Below are positions 62,401 through 64,000 of a stretch of DNA of 64,000 bases, one piece after another. Origin of the DNA: Cyanophora paradoxa CCMP329 (taxonomy: Eukaryota; Plantae; Glaucophyta); the NCBI GenBank assembly GCA_004431415.1, contig QPMI01000036.1, positions 496,001 to 560,000 on the forward strand, in the 5' to 3' direction. Both the position numbers and the translations under genes were made by a program. The notes under the pieces were generated by a model that was given only the letters and a program-made list of their open reading frames with translations, did no database searches and was not told where the DNA came from. Numbering within the stretch: the first letter of the stretch is position 1; every line of letters starts with the position of its first letter.

Positions 62401-64000
62401 CCAGAACACCCTCCCCGGCGTACCTGACCTAGGCCTAAACCTAGGCCTTTGCCCCTTCCTGCCTGCCCTGCCCTTTGCCCCTCCCCGCCTGCCTGCCCTG
62501 CCCCTCGAGAAGCCTCTTGGGCGCACCTGACCGACTCTGCGTTTTTCATCGAGTGCGCCTCGTCGTTGACGACCGTCGAGGGGGCCAGCGAGTGCAGGAA
62601 CCACGCCTCGTGCGCGATCTTCACCTGTTCGTTAGATTAGCGGCGGTCAGTTGAGTAGTAGTCGCGTGGGCAGGCAGCTGAGATGAGGAGCGGGCGGCGG
62701 CCGGGCGGGCGGGTGGGCAGGGTAGCAATCGCTTGCCATGGACTGGGTGGTGACGACGAAGAGCGGGCGCGCCGGGCGGTGCGCGAAGCCCGCCTCCCGG
62801 AGCAGCGCTTTCTTCCCCTGAGGACATAAGAGGCGCGGGATCAGATGACATAAGACAGACACCGCAAGGATCGGCGGTTCCCCGCCGCCCCTTTGCTGGC
62901 GCCCACCCACGCACCTCGCCGTCGGCCTTGATGTAGGCGTCCGTGGTCTTGACCGCGTCGCGCGCCCGCTTGGCCGCGTCGAAGGCCCGCCTGCGCTCCT
63001 CCGCCTTCGCCCGCAGCTCCCGCTGCAGCTCCGGCCGCTCGTCCTTGTACCCGTGGTACACGAAGAGCTCCGCCTTGTCGCCGAGCCACCTGCGCGGCGG
63101 CGGCCGCCGTCAAGGGACGACCGATCCCGGCGGGGAGCTCGAGTGCGCACTTCTCGATCTCCTTCTGCCAGTTGCTCTTGAGGGGGCATGGGCACACGAT
63201 GAGGTAGACTCCGTTGGAGACGCCGTTGATGCCCCAGCAGACGTGGTGCAGCCTGCGGCCGCGCCCGCCCGCACGCACGCCCGCTCGGCGGGGCGGCGCG
63301 TGCGGGGCGCGCGGGCGGGCTGCGCACAGCGCGATGGTGGAGATGATCTGCAGGGTCTTGCCCAGACCCATCTCGTCGGCCAAGAGGACGCCGTTGCCGC
63401 TCAGGGAGCGCAGGACCATGAACTGCGCGAGCGGCGGTCGGCGGGGCCGGCGCGCGGGCGGCGCTGCGCGGGGCCGAGCGCGCCTGGATTCCGTCGAGCT
63501 GGTAGCCGCGCACGAGATCGGCGCTCTCAGGCGTCCCGAGGACGCGGCGCAGGGCGAGGCGGAGGAGGTAAGGGAATTGATCCTGCAGCGAGGGAGTCGG
63601 CGGGCGCGGCGCGCGGGGATCGAGAACGTCGCACCTCCTCCTTTAGGCGCTTGAGCTCGGCGTCGAGCTTCGCTTGCGTCAAATCCTGCTTCTTGTTCCC
63701 GGTGCGCTCCAGGAGGAAGCGCCGCAGGGCGTCCATGAAGTAGACCTTCTGCTTCAGTAGCTTGTCCTCGAGCTTGCTCATAATGCCAATGAGCGTGATC
63801 AGCGCGTCGGTGGCCGCCTTGAACTTCTCCTCGTGAGTCCGAGGCCGCCGCACGACTTTCCCGCCAGGAGTCTTGCCGGCCTTCGCCGCGGTCCGGGGCG
63901 TCGACCCGAGCTCCGCATCGTCTTCGATCGCGGCCCCCCAGAGCTCCTTATGCTCGGCGGTGATCTCGTCGTCCGGAGCGGCCACGGGGCCGCCGCAGGC
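57490..64000 (-). CDS. SNF2-family chromatin-remodelling ATPase, divergent DDM1/LSH-like; 5' end probably outside the window
   Basis: LRGYQLDG, VLLADEMGLGKTLQ, DEAHSMKN, LLTGTPLSN, MLRRLK, HRVLLFS, GGLGLNL, ADTVILFDSD and NPQNDLQAMDRAHRIGQTKPV. The DDM1-like ends are KLEDKLLKQ...RFLLER and SEASLARVLDR..GYIVV. Confidence 0.88.
59389..59428. repeat. Poly-G tract (intronic)
   Basis: About 40 consecutive G residues. A similar poly-C tract lies at 54273-54308. Confidence 0.9.
61219..61276. repeat. (CAGAT/CGGAT)n pentamer microsatellite (intronic)
   Basis: cagatcagatcagatcacatcagatcaaatcacatcggatcggatcggat. Confidence 0.85.
61846..61891. repeat. (GATA)n microsatellite (intronic)
   Basis: gtagatagatggataggtagatagatagatagatagatagatagac. 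Confidence 0.9.

Overview
Gene-dense, GC-rich eukaryotic nuclear DNA with many short introns (mostly about 50-150 nt), often with GC-AG donors. Several plastid-type proteins start with a Phe-containing transit peptide (MSAF, MAACF, MF), which suggests a glaucophyte or related archaeplastid alga such as Cyanophora; this assignment is inference only. The first ~36 kb is a packed run of recognisable housekeeping and signalling genes: a possible separase, TAF13, a membrane-anchored methyltransferase, profilin, an SK-type K+ channel, APC5, RbgA, a beta-hydroxyacid dehydrogenase/Nudix fusion, a 2OG-Fe(II) oxygenase, ArgB, sulfiredoxin, calcineurin B, a PTP, ASCC2, galactokinase and SirB1. The region from 36 to 57 kb looks accessory. 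It holds a propeller-plus-coiled-coil gene built from 42-nt exons, a composite tandem array with a structured core, and a ~2.3-kb duplicated gene pair flanking an AT-rich orphan gene. A divergent DDM1/LSH-like SNF2 ATPase ends the window. The best leads are: (1) a single-chain pseudo-dehydrogenase/Nudix/dehydrogenase; (2) exon-end 'echo' duplications inside introns that create in-frame microexon candidates; (3) a coiled coil assembled from two-heptad exons; (4) the B-box/hairpin array; (5) profilin with an acidic tail and an ASCC2 lacking its CUE domain. All gene models were spliced by eye, so boundaries are approximate and no database searches were run.
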